Assembly: GCF_009914755.1 (NCBI RefSeq)
Contig: NC_060926.1
DNA length: 64,000 nt
Reading direction: 5' to 3' (one strand)
Source: the human T2T-CHM13v2.0 reference genome, Homo sapiens
Position numbers and translations under genes: made by a program. Under the pieces are notes generated by a model. It was not told the DNA's origin, ran no database searches, and worked only from the letters and a program-made list of their open reading frames with translations. Within the stretch, counting starts at the first letter, position 1, and each line of letters begins with the position of its first letter. Shown here in pieces: positions 1 through 12,569 of the stretch.

Positions 1-484
1 CAAACAAGAGAGTAAAAACTTGAGGTAACTCAAGATTTTGTAAGAAAGCTAACTCATAAAGAAAAGAATAAAAATAAGAGTTCATTATTCACCTGTTTTC
101 TACAAAGTACTTCTCATCATGGGAAGTTTTTTATTTCTGCCAGGTTTGGGGGGAGGTGTTTCTATTTAACTTCTCCTCCTCTCCTTCTCACAGCATGCAT
201 ATCTCGAAATATTTATACATTTAAAAATTATTTTATTATCCATCATGAACTATTGGCAGTTAATTTCTGAGCTCTTAAAATCACATAAAAAAACCCAGCC
301 ACCCACAATTTTATTTAAAGAAAAGAAACTTGCCTTTATTAATTTTCTTCATTGAAAGCTAAATATTGTAGTTCATTTTGGTTCCCCTCCTAACAGATTT
401 GGCTAAAATGTCAAACATGAAGAAACTGTGAAAAATACCATAGAATGTGCCGAATAATGTATTACAAGAAAAATGTTTTTCATC

Positions 485-485
<1 letters not shown>

Positions 486-521
<36 letters not shown>

Positions 522-524
522 ACA
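486..524. repeat. (CA)n microsatellite
   Basis: Run of AC dinucleotides with one TA interruption, followed by an A-tract. Confidence 0.95.
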
Positions 525-1099
525 GAAAAAAAAAACTGGCTCAGATTTAAAACATGCATTTGATCATATATCTATAATATTTTCCTTATGTTTATAGCAT
601 GTAGGTTTTGGGGAAGCCTAGCAGTTTTAAAGAACAAGACTACTTTTTTGAAGTAGGTTGAAAAATTCTTTCCAAAACGTTGCCTTTTAAAGGAAAGCAA
701 AAAGTAGGTATTTTACGGCTTTCTAAATAGCATCACCTTAGGATATGTATATGTTTTTGCCATTTGGAGGGGGGCATGGTGTATGATATTTAAATGTTTA
801 TAACAGCGTAACAATGGTGAAAAAGCTATAGTTTCCCACACAAATAATGTACTTAGTCAAAGAAAGGGGAATTTGAATCTCAGTGAAAAGCATGTTTTAG
901 AAAGTAAACTGTACTTGCAGTTGTTTTTGGGCTACTGGTGACCAAGTGAAGTCCTGGTGGCAGTTGCTTTGCAAATCCGAAGAATACAAATGACTCTGAA
1001 TGTGGGCCTATGACACATGGGACAGGGTTTTAAATGTGAACACATGCTCCAGAGAAGCCTATGCAGGAATAAAAATTGTTCCTGTTTGGTTAGTTTGGA

Positions 1100-2000
1100 T
1101 TCTGAAAGAAGCTTTTGTGTGTCAAGATGTAAGAGGATCCCAGGGCTGGAGCCCCTGCTCTGTGGCATGTAGGTCACTGTGTCTGTCCCAGGAACCAGGG
1201 CTGGAGCCGCCAGCACGCCTTTACGCTCTCGCCTGGCACTCGCTTTTGTAAGCCTTAATTTGCTTTTGCCAGAATGATTAAGAAAGGGACCCTTTTGTGC
1301 CCCTCTATGAAGTCTTTAATAGGGAGACCAGGAGGCTGGGAAGAGGTGTTTCTTGACTATCGATGCTCACAAAAATTAAAGAGCAGTTCTGTTTCAGTAT
1401 TATAAAACTCTTCTCATTGAACACCATCCAGAAATCTGCTGGTTCAATTTCTTCGTCCCATCTGTTTCCCTCTCACTGGCTATATTTGTTAATATTTCCT
1501 CAAGCAGCAGGCTGTATTGCCCTCACTGTGCTACAGAAAAGGGCAGAGATTGATCATTTTTGCGGGACAGGGAAATGTTTATTTTGGGCAGGAAAGCAGC
1601 ACATTTACTAGCTTCCTATCCAGAGGCAGAGACAAAACTTCTTCAAGAAAAAGGCAAAAAAAAACAAAAAAAAATGCAGAGCTTGTTTTGGTATCCGAGG
1701 GTGAGGACGGCTGGGGCGAGCCGGCAATGTCGGAAGAGCTATCAGCCTGCTTATCTGTCTTTCTGCTTTGGCACGTGAAAGCTCCCAGCTCAGCACGCCA
1801 TGTGTCAAATTTATCATTTCGTATGTCAGCAACCATTATTCCCTCTTTTGTCACCAGTTTTGACCAAAGGATGAAAAATTGCTGTCTTACTCAGACAAGA
1901 TTATTGCTGGAGGAAAAAAAAAGGGCAACTCCAGGATAGAGGAGCAGGCCAAGGTGAAACACAGGGAGACTCTCCTCAGATTAGGTCTGGGTTAAGAGAA
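1100..2000. promoter_or_regulatory. Repeat-free block with local CpG enrichment; candidate enhancer/alternative promoter
   Basis: No recognisable repeat; CpG clusters at ~1205-1245 and ~1695-1800; GATA site TTATCT 1751-1756 next to E-box CACGTG 1772-1777. Function is inferred only. Confidence 0.35.
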
Positions 2001-2339
2001 TATTGATCTGTGTGCTAAAAACTGTTGATCTCTCTGAGCAGAGGATGACAAATGGTAGCAAAAAAAAAAAAAAAAATTGAGTGTCTCCAAGGACATTTGA
2101 GCTGCTGTGAGTTTTCCATCAGTATTTGTTTGGTTTTTGGGTTTCTGCACTGGGGATTTCAACAAAAATAAGCAAATATTAAACAGAAATGAAGCAGCCA
2201 CAAAAATGATACAGAGGAAAACCTAGGGGAAGAAGACCAGCCCAGAAACTGGGCAAGGTACACATATTAAATAGCAGGAGCATTAAAAATATAAAGTGCT
2301 GCTTGTCTAAGCTCATGGGTCATGTGTGGGGTGTGGGGT

Positions 2340-2388
2340 TTTTTGTTGTTGTTTCGTTTTGTTTTGTTTTGTTTTGTTTTTTGTTTTT
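2340..2388. repeat. (GTTTT)n simple repeat
   Basis: Direct reading of pentamer repeats. Confidence 0.9.
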
Positions 2389-2702
2389 GGCATGGTTAGT
2401 GCCAGAGTGTTACAAGTAGGAGAGAAGTGTTTTTGTCAAAAGTAGGTATCTTTAATTATGACAGGTTAGGCATTTAAAAAAATCATACCGCATATAAAGT
2501 ATGATGCTGACGTTCATAAACCCACAAATGAGAGGAAATATAGAGGCTTGCATTCATTAAGCAAATACAGTATGACAAGGCATAAATTCAAATTGTTTGG
2601 GGTTTGAGTAATTTTTTCCCAACTGTAGAAATTGAACTCCAAGCATGGAAGAGAGCTAGAAGGTGGAAAATACCAACTATTTACTTTACATTCAAAAAGA
2701 AG

Positions 2703-2952
2703 ACAGTGTTGTGGCTAAGGGCAGGTACCCCGAGGCCATACGCCCTGGTTTGAAGTCCATCCCGTCAGTCCCCTATATATGATCTGGGGTGAGATTTTTA
2801 ACCTATGTGAGCTTTAGTGTTCTCTTCCGTGAAGGTAGGGTAACTATACTCCCCTATCTCATACTGTTGGTAGGAGGATTTGATAAATTAGCCTATGTAA
2901 TACATTTACAACATATTGGCACAAAGTAAGCAAGAAATAAACACTACCATTA
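2703..2952 (+). mobile_element. MIR SINE
   Basis: MIR layout: gtggctaagggcagg...ctggtttgaagtcc...ttaacctatgtgagcttta...ctatctcata...gaggatt...ggcacaaagtaagc. Confidence 0.75.
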
Positions 2953-3314
2953 TCTACTTCTTCACACGTTTATGAATTCCCTGCTCTCAGTTCCTTGGTG
3001 ACATCACACACTGGGCCCTGTGCATGGAGCACGCTTGCCCACCTGCTTCCGTCATCCACCTGGCCAGCTCTTTCCTGCAGATCTTCCCGTTTACAGCTCA
3101 GCTTTGCAACCACAGTGGATCCTAACTCAGCCCACCTTTTCCCAAAACGATATTGGAAAACCCTCGACATTCTCTCATGGCTTGCTATTCTATTCCCCAA
3201 TAATCAGTTTACTACAGTTTCTCCTATACTGGTTGGTCAATCTATTTAACAAATTACATTAGAGTTACTTAATATTCATAGCTTCTTATTAGTATCTTAC
3301 CATAGACCTAGTGC

Positions 3315-3465
3315 TTTGTTAGACTGAAGTGACACCCTGTAAGGGGCATGTTTGCTCTGCTCTCATTGTACCTCCATCTCCTACTGGGGTACTTTGGGCC
3401 TTGGCCTGCCCAAAGAAAATGATCAATAAATATTTGTTAATTGAGTTAACCAATGAATGAATTCA
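3315..3465 (+). mobile_element. L2 LINE 3' end fragment
   Basis: Typical L2 tail tcaataaatatttgtt...aatgaatgaa. Confidence 0.6.
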
Positions 3466-4499
3466 TGAGTGACTCTTTAGTACCCCAGGCAAGCCAGTGT
3501 CCTATTTGAGAACAGACTTCAGAGTCAGGGGACAAGATTTCTATTCTTGCTTTTCTTCTGTGGCCTTGAGAAAGTCACCACCTCCCCCAACTATCAGGCT
3601 CCTGAAAGGGCACGGAGGGTGTCGCACTGGAAGAGCTAAGATTTCAAAGCACCTTCTCAGCCTGAATGTCCCGGATTGGGTCATTCATAACATCTGTTGA
3701 AAACATGTCCACGGATTTTAAAACACCTGTCCCCGACATTTAGAAATTGTTAACATAGTTGAGAAGTATGTTTAGACACAATACTATTCAGTAGTGACTA
3801 AGTAAAGGTTGCGTTTACATATAACATGTTCACCTCTGTCACTACAGAGCCCGGCAGAACACCTAACATATGAAAATATCGATTGAAATATAATATTCAA
3901 AAATTACTTGTTGAATGAATAAAAGAACCACATTTTAGATAGGTTAATAAATTGTTATCTAAATTGGAGTAGAAGTTGTCTAAGAGTCTCTGTTAACACT
4001 GATTTTAGTAGACCTGTGTAAGCTTCTCATACTAAATGTATGCAAATTAGTTACTTTCCTTGAATTAAAACAACGTGTTTCCATTCTCTTTCACCAGGCA
4101 AAAGTTTGATCAGGTTAAGTAAACCACCACAGTTCCAAATCTTGGAAGAAGAAAAAGACACTGCTTTTTTTTCTTATTTTCACAAATCCAGTCTTGACTA
4201 TTTGTTTCTTTGAAATAAAAACATAATTAAATACCTTGACACCAAAAGGTAATCAAAACCCTATACACGTAGTTTTTGAGCAAGTTCTGTCTTATTCTAT
4301 AGTATGTATTAGTCATAGACTATTCTGCTTGAGATGTTTTAAAGTTTTAGTTTATTTAAAACATAGTGTTTTCAATCCTAACTAAAAATTTAGCGCACAC
4401 CATAAAATGAAACCTTCACAGAAATGAATGCTCATATTTCATTGTACTGCATACTTCTGAATTAATTGCCTCCAAAGCATAAATGTTCATATTAATTAA

Positions 4500-4740
4500 T
4501 GGTGTAATTGAAAGAGTACAAGGTTTACAGTTAGGAAGACCCATATTCCAGCCCCAGTGGTGTGACTTCTGTTTCTGTAGTCTTTGCCTGTGTGATTGCT
4601 GGCAACTTAGTCTCTCTGAGTTTAACTCATCTTTAAAACTCAAAATCCCAACATAACGGATCAAGAATTAAATTAAGTAATATATATTAAGTGCCTACCT
4701 ACATAGTTAGCATGGAATAAAAGATACATTAACAGATGGC
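4500..4740 (+). mobile_element. MIR SINE
   Basis: ggcaacttagtctctctgagtttaactcatctttaaaa core and aagaattaaattaagtaatatatattaagtgcct 3' part. Confidence 0.65.
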
Positions 4741-5276
4741 TATATACAGTTAACTGTGTTTCCATTTCAGTATTTATTGATATCTTATAATGCAATGCAG
4801 GCATGCTAAACAATGTGGAGATTCAAGATTGTTTTAACCAAGAGCACACTTTCATCATATTTACTGCAAAAGCTAAACGAGTGTCTATAATAAGATTTCT
4901 TTCTCTTCCTTAAGAAGAAATCCAAGGTAATGCAAATGAAAGTATAAAATCCCACAAATGCATAAATATGGAATTTGCACAGTTGTTTTGTACTAATAAG
5001 GAATGTTTGCTCTTAATCTACTTGAAAATTTGGTGTCTAACACATTGTCAGGATACCATGGGAGTTATTAATAATAGCTCCACATATTATAATTATTAGC
5101 TCTAAAGTTAAATCCTAAAAAATTGCCTAGTCCCATATGGACCTAAAATTGTTATTTAGTATATGAGGAATTAATTGGCTGTAAGTTAGAAACCTGTCCT
5201 CTGCCATTGATCCTAAGTGTCTTCCTTCACTTTATTATGGGACATACTCATATGTTCTGATTATTCTTTAAAAATC

Positions 5277-5508
5277 TCTGCTCTCTCTCCCTCCCTTCCT
5301 CCCTCCCTTCCTTTCTTCCTTTATATATCCCTCTCTCCCTCCCTTTCTCTCTCTCTCCTCTCTCCTTTCTCCTCTTTCCTTCCTTCTCTCCCTCTCCCTC
5401 CTCTCCCTCTTTTTTCCTCTCTCTCCATTCTCTTCCCTCTCCTCTTTCTCCCTCTCTCTCCTCCATCTCCTCTTCACTCTGAATCTCTCTCACTCTTTCT
5501 TCCACTCT
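5277..5508. repeat. CT-rich polypyrimidine/polypurine low-complexity tract
   Basis: ~230 bp almost entirely C/T on the + strand; source of the spurious E/R/G/K-rich ORFs at 5248-5505. Confidence 0.95.
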
Positions 5509-5519
5509 TTTTGTTTGTT

Positions 5520-5816
5520 TGTTTTTTTTTTTGTTTGAGACGGATTCTCCCTCTGTCGCTAGGCTGGAGTGCAGTGGTGCAATCTCAGCTCACTGCAACC
5601 TCTGCCCCCCGGGGCCCAAGCGAATCTCCTGCCTCAGCCTCCCGAGCAGCTGGGACCACAGGCGTGCACCACCGTGCCCAGCTAATTTCTGCATTTTTAG
5701 TAGACACAGGGTTTCACCATGTTGGCCAGGATGGTCTCCATCTCTTGACCTGGTGATCTGCCGACCTCAGCCTCCCAAAGTGCTGGGACTACAGGTGTGA
5801 GCCACCATGCCCAGCC
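5520..5816 (-). mobile_element. Alu (AluSc-like)
   Basis: Full dimer antisense with poly-T; Sc-type diagnostics tcgc-aggctgg and gccaggatggtctc..tctcttgacc. Confidence 0.9.
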
Positions 5817-5894
5817 TCTTCCACTGTTTTCTTCCTTCATTTCTTCTGACATTCCTGGAACATATTCTGATCATATTCCAAAAAGATACTAGAA

Positions 5895-6380
5895 AATATT
5901 CCAGCAGGAAATAAAAGATGCAGTCAAATTAGGATAATTTGGGAGTTTAATAAAGAGACTGCTTACCCAAGTAAGGGTGAGGTCAAAGGAAACTACAGGA
6001 GCCAGGGCAGTGCCCTGGGCTAGCAACAGGAGAGTTTCTTACCCCCAGACCCAAACAGGCTAACATGAAGTGGGGTGTAGGGGAAGGTATGGAGAGGTGG
6101 GAGGAGCTTCTGGAGCCCGAGAAGCCATGTGGAGACACTGCCTGGTGTGAGCTTAGGTCTTCAGCAAGGATCCAGTAAGCCCAGGGGAAAGAGTGGAGGA
6201 ATAAATAGCCCGGGCTGACTCTTGGTGCTCCCTCCCCTCTCTGTGGGAGCACCTGATGGTCAGGGCCTCCCCATCAGCCCACACAGACCAGTCTCCTGGA
6301 CACAGAGCAGGTGAGAAAGAGTGGACAGTGAACCCAGAGGGGTGAGTGGAATCCATCCAGCCTGGGGGTTTAACCACATA
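5895..6380 (-). mobile_element. Ancient ERVL-class solo LTR (LTR33/LTR41-like)
   Basis: ccagcaggaaa...caaattaggataatttgggagtttaataaagagact and gggctagcaacagg...ttaccc, the reverse-complement pattern of the LTR at 58640-59120. Confidence 0.45.
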
Positions 6381-6399
6381 CACAATATCATGCTATAAC

Positions 6400-7425
6400 T
6401 TAAATGTAAAGTAAGTATGAAAAGTGAGTCAGTATTCTCAGAAATAAAGTCAGTATTCTCAGGAAACATACAACATGGGCCTGAAACAACTTGTAGTGCC
6501 AGAAAGGAAGGAAGTACTCAAAACAAACAAACAAACAAAATGATGGGCTATGGAACACAGGAGCCAACTGAAAAAAACTTTCAATGACCGAAGCTGGAAC
6601 AACCTGAGCAACAAAATAAAGGAATATTGATTAAACCCCAGAGTATAAATATGCACCCATGAGTCCAGGATGATTTAAATAAATGATCAAATAAGTAAAT
6701 AAATAAGGGGGAAAAGACAAATCTCCCCGTAGAAGAATCGCAAATAATGTATGTAGATCCTCCACTTTCAAGAACTTGGAGCATAACTCTCTACCCATTA
6801 AGTGTGAGCTGTGACAGGGTGACTCCCTTGCAAAGAATACAGTATGGAAAGGTGCAGTTGGGAGCAGGAGTGGAGAGTAACTTTACAAAGACTACTTCTG
6901 CCAGGTGATCAAGGTGTGCATCAACAGTGATTAGTGGTGTTGATAGTTGATAGGATATGATGAAAATGTCACATTACATCTGTGGTCCTCCTCCCAGAAA
7001 CCCATAACTCCAACTGAATCGTAAGAAAACATTAGACAATCCCAACTGAGGGACAGTCTGCAAGGTACAGTGCTCTTAAAACTGCCAAAGTCATCAAAAA
7101 CAAGGAAAGTCTCAGAACCTGTCATAGCTGAGGGAAGCCTAGAAAGACACAATGACTTGATGTAATGTGGAATCCTAGGTGGGATTCTGGGACCAAACAA
7201 CAGACATTAGGTAAGAACTCAGAAAATAAAAATCAAGTATGGACTGTGCTTGATACTGATGCATCCAGATGTGCTCATCAAATATAACAAATGTACCATC
7301 CTAATCTAAGATGTTAATAAGAGGGGAATCTGAGTGTAGGGCATATGAGAACTCTCTGTGCTATCCTCACATATCTCTTTTTATGAGAATCTAAAACTGG
7401 CCTAAAAAATTCAGTTAAAAAAATG
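6400..7425 (+). mobile_element. L1MC (L1MC4-like) 3' end
   Basis: Characteristic 3'UTR motifs ggagccaactgaaa, aagctggaacaa, ctgtggtcctcctcccagaaacccataactcca, gagaactctctgtgctatc, A-rich end. Confidence 0.8.
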
Positions 7426-7950
7426 AGTTGCCACAATAGATACAGGCAAGTGCAACAGAGAAATGTGAGAGGGAGGTTGATTCCTGCAAATGGTGCCGTA
7501 ATGAAGCTGGCAGCCCTTGCTATAGTGAGGCAGTTCATTCACAGTTTTGGAAATTATAGTCCCTCCGTTCCTAGTCACAAATGCTATCACTCTGGTTGCT
7601 CTACAAATAATCACAACTTTGAGTTCTACAGTGAGAATTTGGAGGCATTGGCTAAAAATCTTATCCTCACAAACACATTTGAACTGCATGGACAGCTCCT
7701 CCTCCACCCACATACATGACACCATGTAGCCACAACCTCGCACTGGGCTGACACAGAAACACCACACTCTGTAGAAAGGAGAAGCCATAGAGGGTCTTCT
7801 GCCACAATGAACCCTACAATTCTGATTAAATTCTCAACTTCTTTTCATCTCAATTTTCACCTGTAAAATGATAAAATAGAACAAGATTACTTTCTGCCCT
7901 TTCTACCTCTGAAATTCTTTTCCCAGAAGTACCTGAATGATTAATTTGAT

Positions 7951-8128
7951 GGAATAAATGATTGAATAAGTAAATAAATAAAGACGGAAAGAAAAATCTC
8001 CCTTGTAGAAGAACCCCCAAAAATGTATGTAGATCCTCCACTCTCAAGAGGGTGTAATCCTCGACCCTTTAAGTGCAGGCTGTGACAGGGTGCCTCCTTT
8101 TCAAAGAATATAGTATGGAAAGGTGGGG
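7951..8128 (+). mobile_element. Isolated L1MC 3'UTR internal fragment (paralogous to 6677-6855)
   Basis: Collinear similarity to 6677-6855 including atgtatgtagatcctccact and gctgtgacagggtg. Confidence 0.7.
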
Positions 8129-8539
8129 GCGGGAAAGAAGTTCTTTGGCAAAGATCATTTTCAGCAATTAAGAAACAAAAATATGTCTATCTGACACCCC
8201 ACTGCTTTAGGACTAGCAGTGTATAATGGCTCCATGAGGACAGCTCCATCTGTGTTCTCCTCCACGATTCCCAGTGCATACATTCTGAAAGCATACTTGT
8301 TAGATGTTTGCATTTGCATGTATAGCCAGAAAATTCAACCAAACAAGTGCCCAACATTTGTATACATTTATTTTACATCATGCTTCCAAACATCACAGCT
8401 TCAGATTTTCCTCAACCAGCTAGTTATAGGGAATAACAAGAAAATATTTAATTTTTGCTTTTAGCTCATATCCAAATGTCTTATAAGTATTTAAAAGAGA
8501 GACCATATCTGTTTTTTTCTCTCTATCAAAACTAACCTT

Positions 8540-8660
8540 CGAAATTCTTCACTATACGTTAATGACCTTGAGTCTAAAACAAGTGATCATACATAAATTC
8601 CATCAGGTCTCTTTGTCTCAGCTTTCCTCATCTGTAAAGTGAGGGAACTGGACTGGATTT
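8540..8660 (+). mobile_element. MIR fragment
   Basis: tctctttgtctcagctttcctcatctgtaaagtgaggga core. Confidence 0.65.
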
Positions 8661-8957
8661 GTAGAAATAATTAAAAGGTCACTAAACCAACCACCTCTTG
8701 GTCCTTGAATCTCCTGTGCAAGCTTCCTATTAAGGCGTGCCCCGTTTCTAACATTCAAAGATGTAATTATGATTGAATTATTATATTTTGTGGATTAAAT
8801 GATCACATGTGTCTAGATACATAAAAATGAAGCTATAGTTATGATTTTAAAAACTCATCTATATTTTTTCAACATAGGCGATTTCATTATAGACTCCTAT
8901 GTTTCATAATTTTAATACCACAAAAATTTTACCTCAGTTATGACACTGAAATTAAAG

Positions 8958-9170
8958 CAGGGCTTTTAAAAGATACTTCCAAAAGTTAGAATTTATGGAC
9001 TCCTTTGAGAATTTGATGAAAGCTATGGGACATCTTTCCAGAAATAGTATACTTACATGTAATACACATTAATACACACACACACACACACTAAGCTCAC
9101 AGGCATATCTCCCTCAGGCCCATCTCTATTTCCATAGTGCCTATGTATCTCAATTTAAGAAATACTGATC
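8958..9170. mobile_element. hAT-Charlie MITE (MER112-like)
   Basis: cagggct... start, ggactcctttgagaatttgatgaaagctatgg internal motif, ...ttaagaaatactg end. Confidence 0.5.
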
Positions 9171-9220
9171 TAGAACAATACTTGTTGAATTAGTGAAAGG
9201 ATTAGAATGTCATTTTTTTG

Positions 9221-9538
<318 letters not shown>

Positions 9539-9690
9539 TCAAATTTATTCACAAGTCTCTTACAGGACTCAGCCTAAGTGCTAATTATATACAAGTTTAT
9601 TCACTAGATACTGAAAACACATTATATGGAAAGAGATGCAGAACAATTCATATAATACAAATAAGACATTTAAACAATTTATAAATACCC

Positions 9691-9693
9691 TAT

Positions 9694-9725
<32 letters not shown>

Positions 9726-9730
9726 TTATC
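9691..9730. repeat. (TATC)n tetranucleotide STR
   Basis: About 7 perfect TATC units with TATT flanks. Confidence 0.95.
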
Positions 9731-10176
9731 TGCTTTAAAGTATATAAAATTTGCCAAAAGAAATACCACCAAACTCATAATAGCTGTGGCCCTTATGAGA
9801 AATATAATAATGACTGAAGTACATAATCCTTTCTTTTTGTACAAATGGACAGCAGAACTCTGATACATTGTTAACAGTGATTAATCCAGAAAGGTTGGCC
9901 TATGGGTAGAGTTTGATCATTCTTTGTACTTTTGTGAGTCGTAGTTTAACTCTCCCACATAGCACCCCACGCTCAGTGTAGCACGGCTGCCTATGACCAT
10001 TCTCAGGACCAATTTTCTGCTTTTGCCACAGAAGAATGTTTGAGAGTTGAGAACAGAGGACTGCGGAGTAGTTGTATGGGGCAGGAGATGGCTAATGTAA
10101 GTGGTCAGCAGTGTGGGAAAAGGAGGGTGCGGGCAGAGGACAACCTATATGAAGCTTCTAAGAAAAGAGTTTCTGG

Positions 10177-10618
<442 letters not shown>

Positions 10619-11329
10619 TTAATATAAGGAGTATTTAGACACATCCTCTCAAAGTAATTGATTGACTAAATAAAAAATTAACTCTTTAAACTACAGTGTT
10701 TAGTGTATTTTCACGTTTTATAAACTCACATTCTAAATTACATTAAACTTAAAAGTACTGAAAATTAAATTTCTGATTGAAATAAAATTCTGAATAAATT
10801 TTAGGGAAAGAACTAATATAAACCATCCAAATTCTTCTAAGATCATCAGTGGAATAATCTTTTTTTCTCACATGCTCTTTGCACTAGAATCAGTTCTGAA
10901 CAAATATTTTTGTAACAAAGAAGTGAGTAAATTTAAAACATGGATGATTGTTATATAACATACTTTTTAATCTGCTTTTTTCGTTGATTACAAATTTAAA
11001 TGTCCAATTGTGTGAGATTAATTTCATTAAAAATGTATATAGAGTACCTACCATGTGGCAATTACTGGACTAGTTGCTAGAATAAAATTAGCCAACATGA
11101 AGTAATGTATAAAATGATTTTTTCCAGAAGGCTATCATTAAACATAAAAGTACTTTTTTCTTCTACCATTGTATCAGATCTGATTTAAAATATGCTGTTT
11201 TAAGATGAATTATAAACTGTCAGAATTCATGGTTATGAAAAGGGATTTCCAGATATATCTAATGACTTGGAATTTGTGTTTAATCTAACAAACCACACTG
11301 ACTATTGAATTTGTGTGTCTGCGAATATA

Positions 11330-11408
11330 AAGATTTATTGTCCCTGGAGGTAATTATTGACCTCAACATCTTATCAGTCAATATTTACCTCTTAGGCCAA
11401 TAAATCTT
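11330..11408. repeat. Imperfect inverted repeat (32-bp arms, 15-nt loop); probable ancient palindromic DNA-transposon relic
   Basis: 11330-11361 vs reverse complement of 11377-11408: 27/32 identical. Confidence 0.75.
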
Positions 11409-12569
11409 GATATAACCTCATGAAAGTCAATATCTGTTTAATAGTATACATGGAAATCTGTAATAGTTTGATTACAGGCTTCAATGTCACACTGCCTAGT
11501 GCACCCCTTCACATCTAAGGGACATTGAATCATTCCTTCTTTTCAACGCAGACAAAAACACCTTTGGTTGCTATGATTCACTCATTCTTGATCTAACACT
11601 TGATTGGAAATTTTTATATCATTCCTTAATTCTTTTTGCATACAAGTCTTGCTTCTTCAATCAACTTGTAAGCCCCCATGAAGCCTGAGACAAATTTAAT
11701 GCTTTTGTGGTTGTATTATTTGCTCCTAGCACACCTCTTCATCATTATAAATAAAACAGCTTCGTGGATGGACAAGTTTTCTAGCCCATGGCCCCCAGAG
11801 GTTACTAAGTAAGCCATTGCCCTTCCAGCCTGCACAACTAAAAATATCTCCAGGACTCAAGAAGGATTCAGTACCACAAGATGTCAAGACAGCAGAAATG
11901 AGTACTTAGTAAGGATCATGATTGTTTCTTATTCTGAGAAGTCAGAAAGTTGGGGCCCATAGTGGGGTATAGAGTTCAAGCGTCATGCTGTAGCCTTTGA
12001 TAATATTTAGCTAGTTTACAAAACGCACTAGTTGGTTCATGCCCAATAAATATGTGTTGACGAGCCCCTCACAAGGGGCAAATATCGAAATCATTTTTGC
12101 TGTTTCATGTGCCCTTTATGCAACATTAAAAACAGTATAAAAACAATTAGGCTACTTCAAAGAGTCCTTTATACTGGTCAAGCAAAACCATAGGCCAACA
12201 ATTAGATTAGATCAAAAGGACTACATATTCAATGGCTGCAAATATCCTCAGCAAGGTTTCCTTCATGATCTCAGGGTTTTAACAGCACCATTGGGCTTCT
12301 GATGGCCCGATATGAGAAGGTTCACCAGGTTTCAGGGTCTGGGCTTGATTTCCTTGTTAACAGCCATTTGCCTTCGAAAACATGTCTACACTGCTAATGG
12401 TTTGGAAACTAAATGCATCTTCAGCCTGTGGTGTCTTTCATATTGCAACAACATGCAATCAGGCCTACTAGAGCAGCAAACATTGAGGAAAACTCACATA
12501 GATATTATTGATAGCAGACCTGAGTTCCTCATTTCCCTTTCATGCAAGCACAGCTCCTGAGATCTAGCA

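Noticed and set aside
1517-1939. Overlapping 140-aa (+) and 91-aa (-) ORFs in the repeat-free block
   Set aside because: Non-ATG starts, cross poly-A/T runs, no recognisable protein similarity.
5217-5800. ORFs of 179, 93, 85 and 69 aa
   Set aside because: They translate the CT-rich tract and an antisense Alu; classic spurious ORFs.
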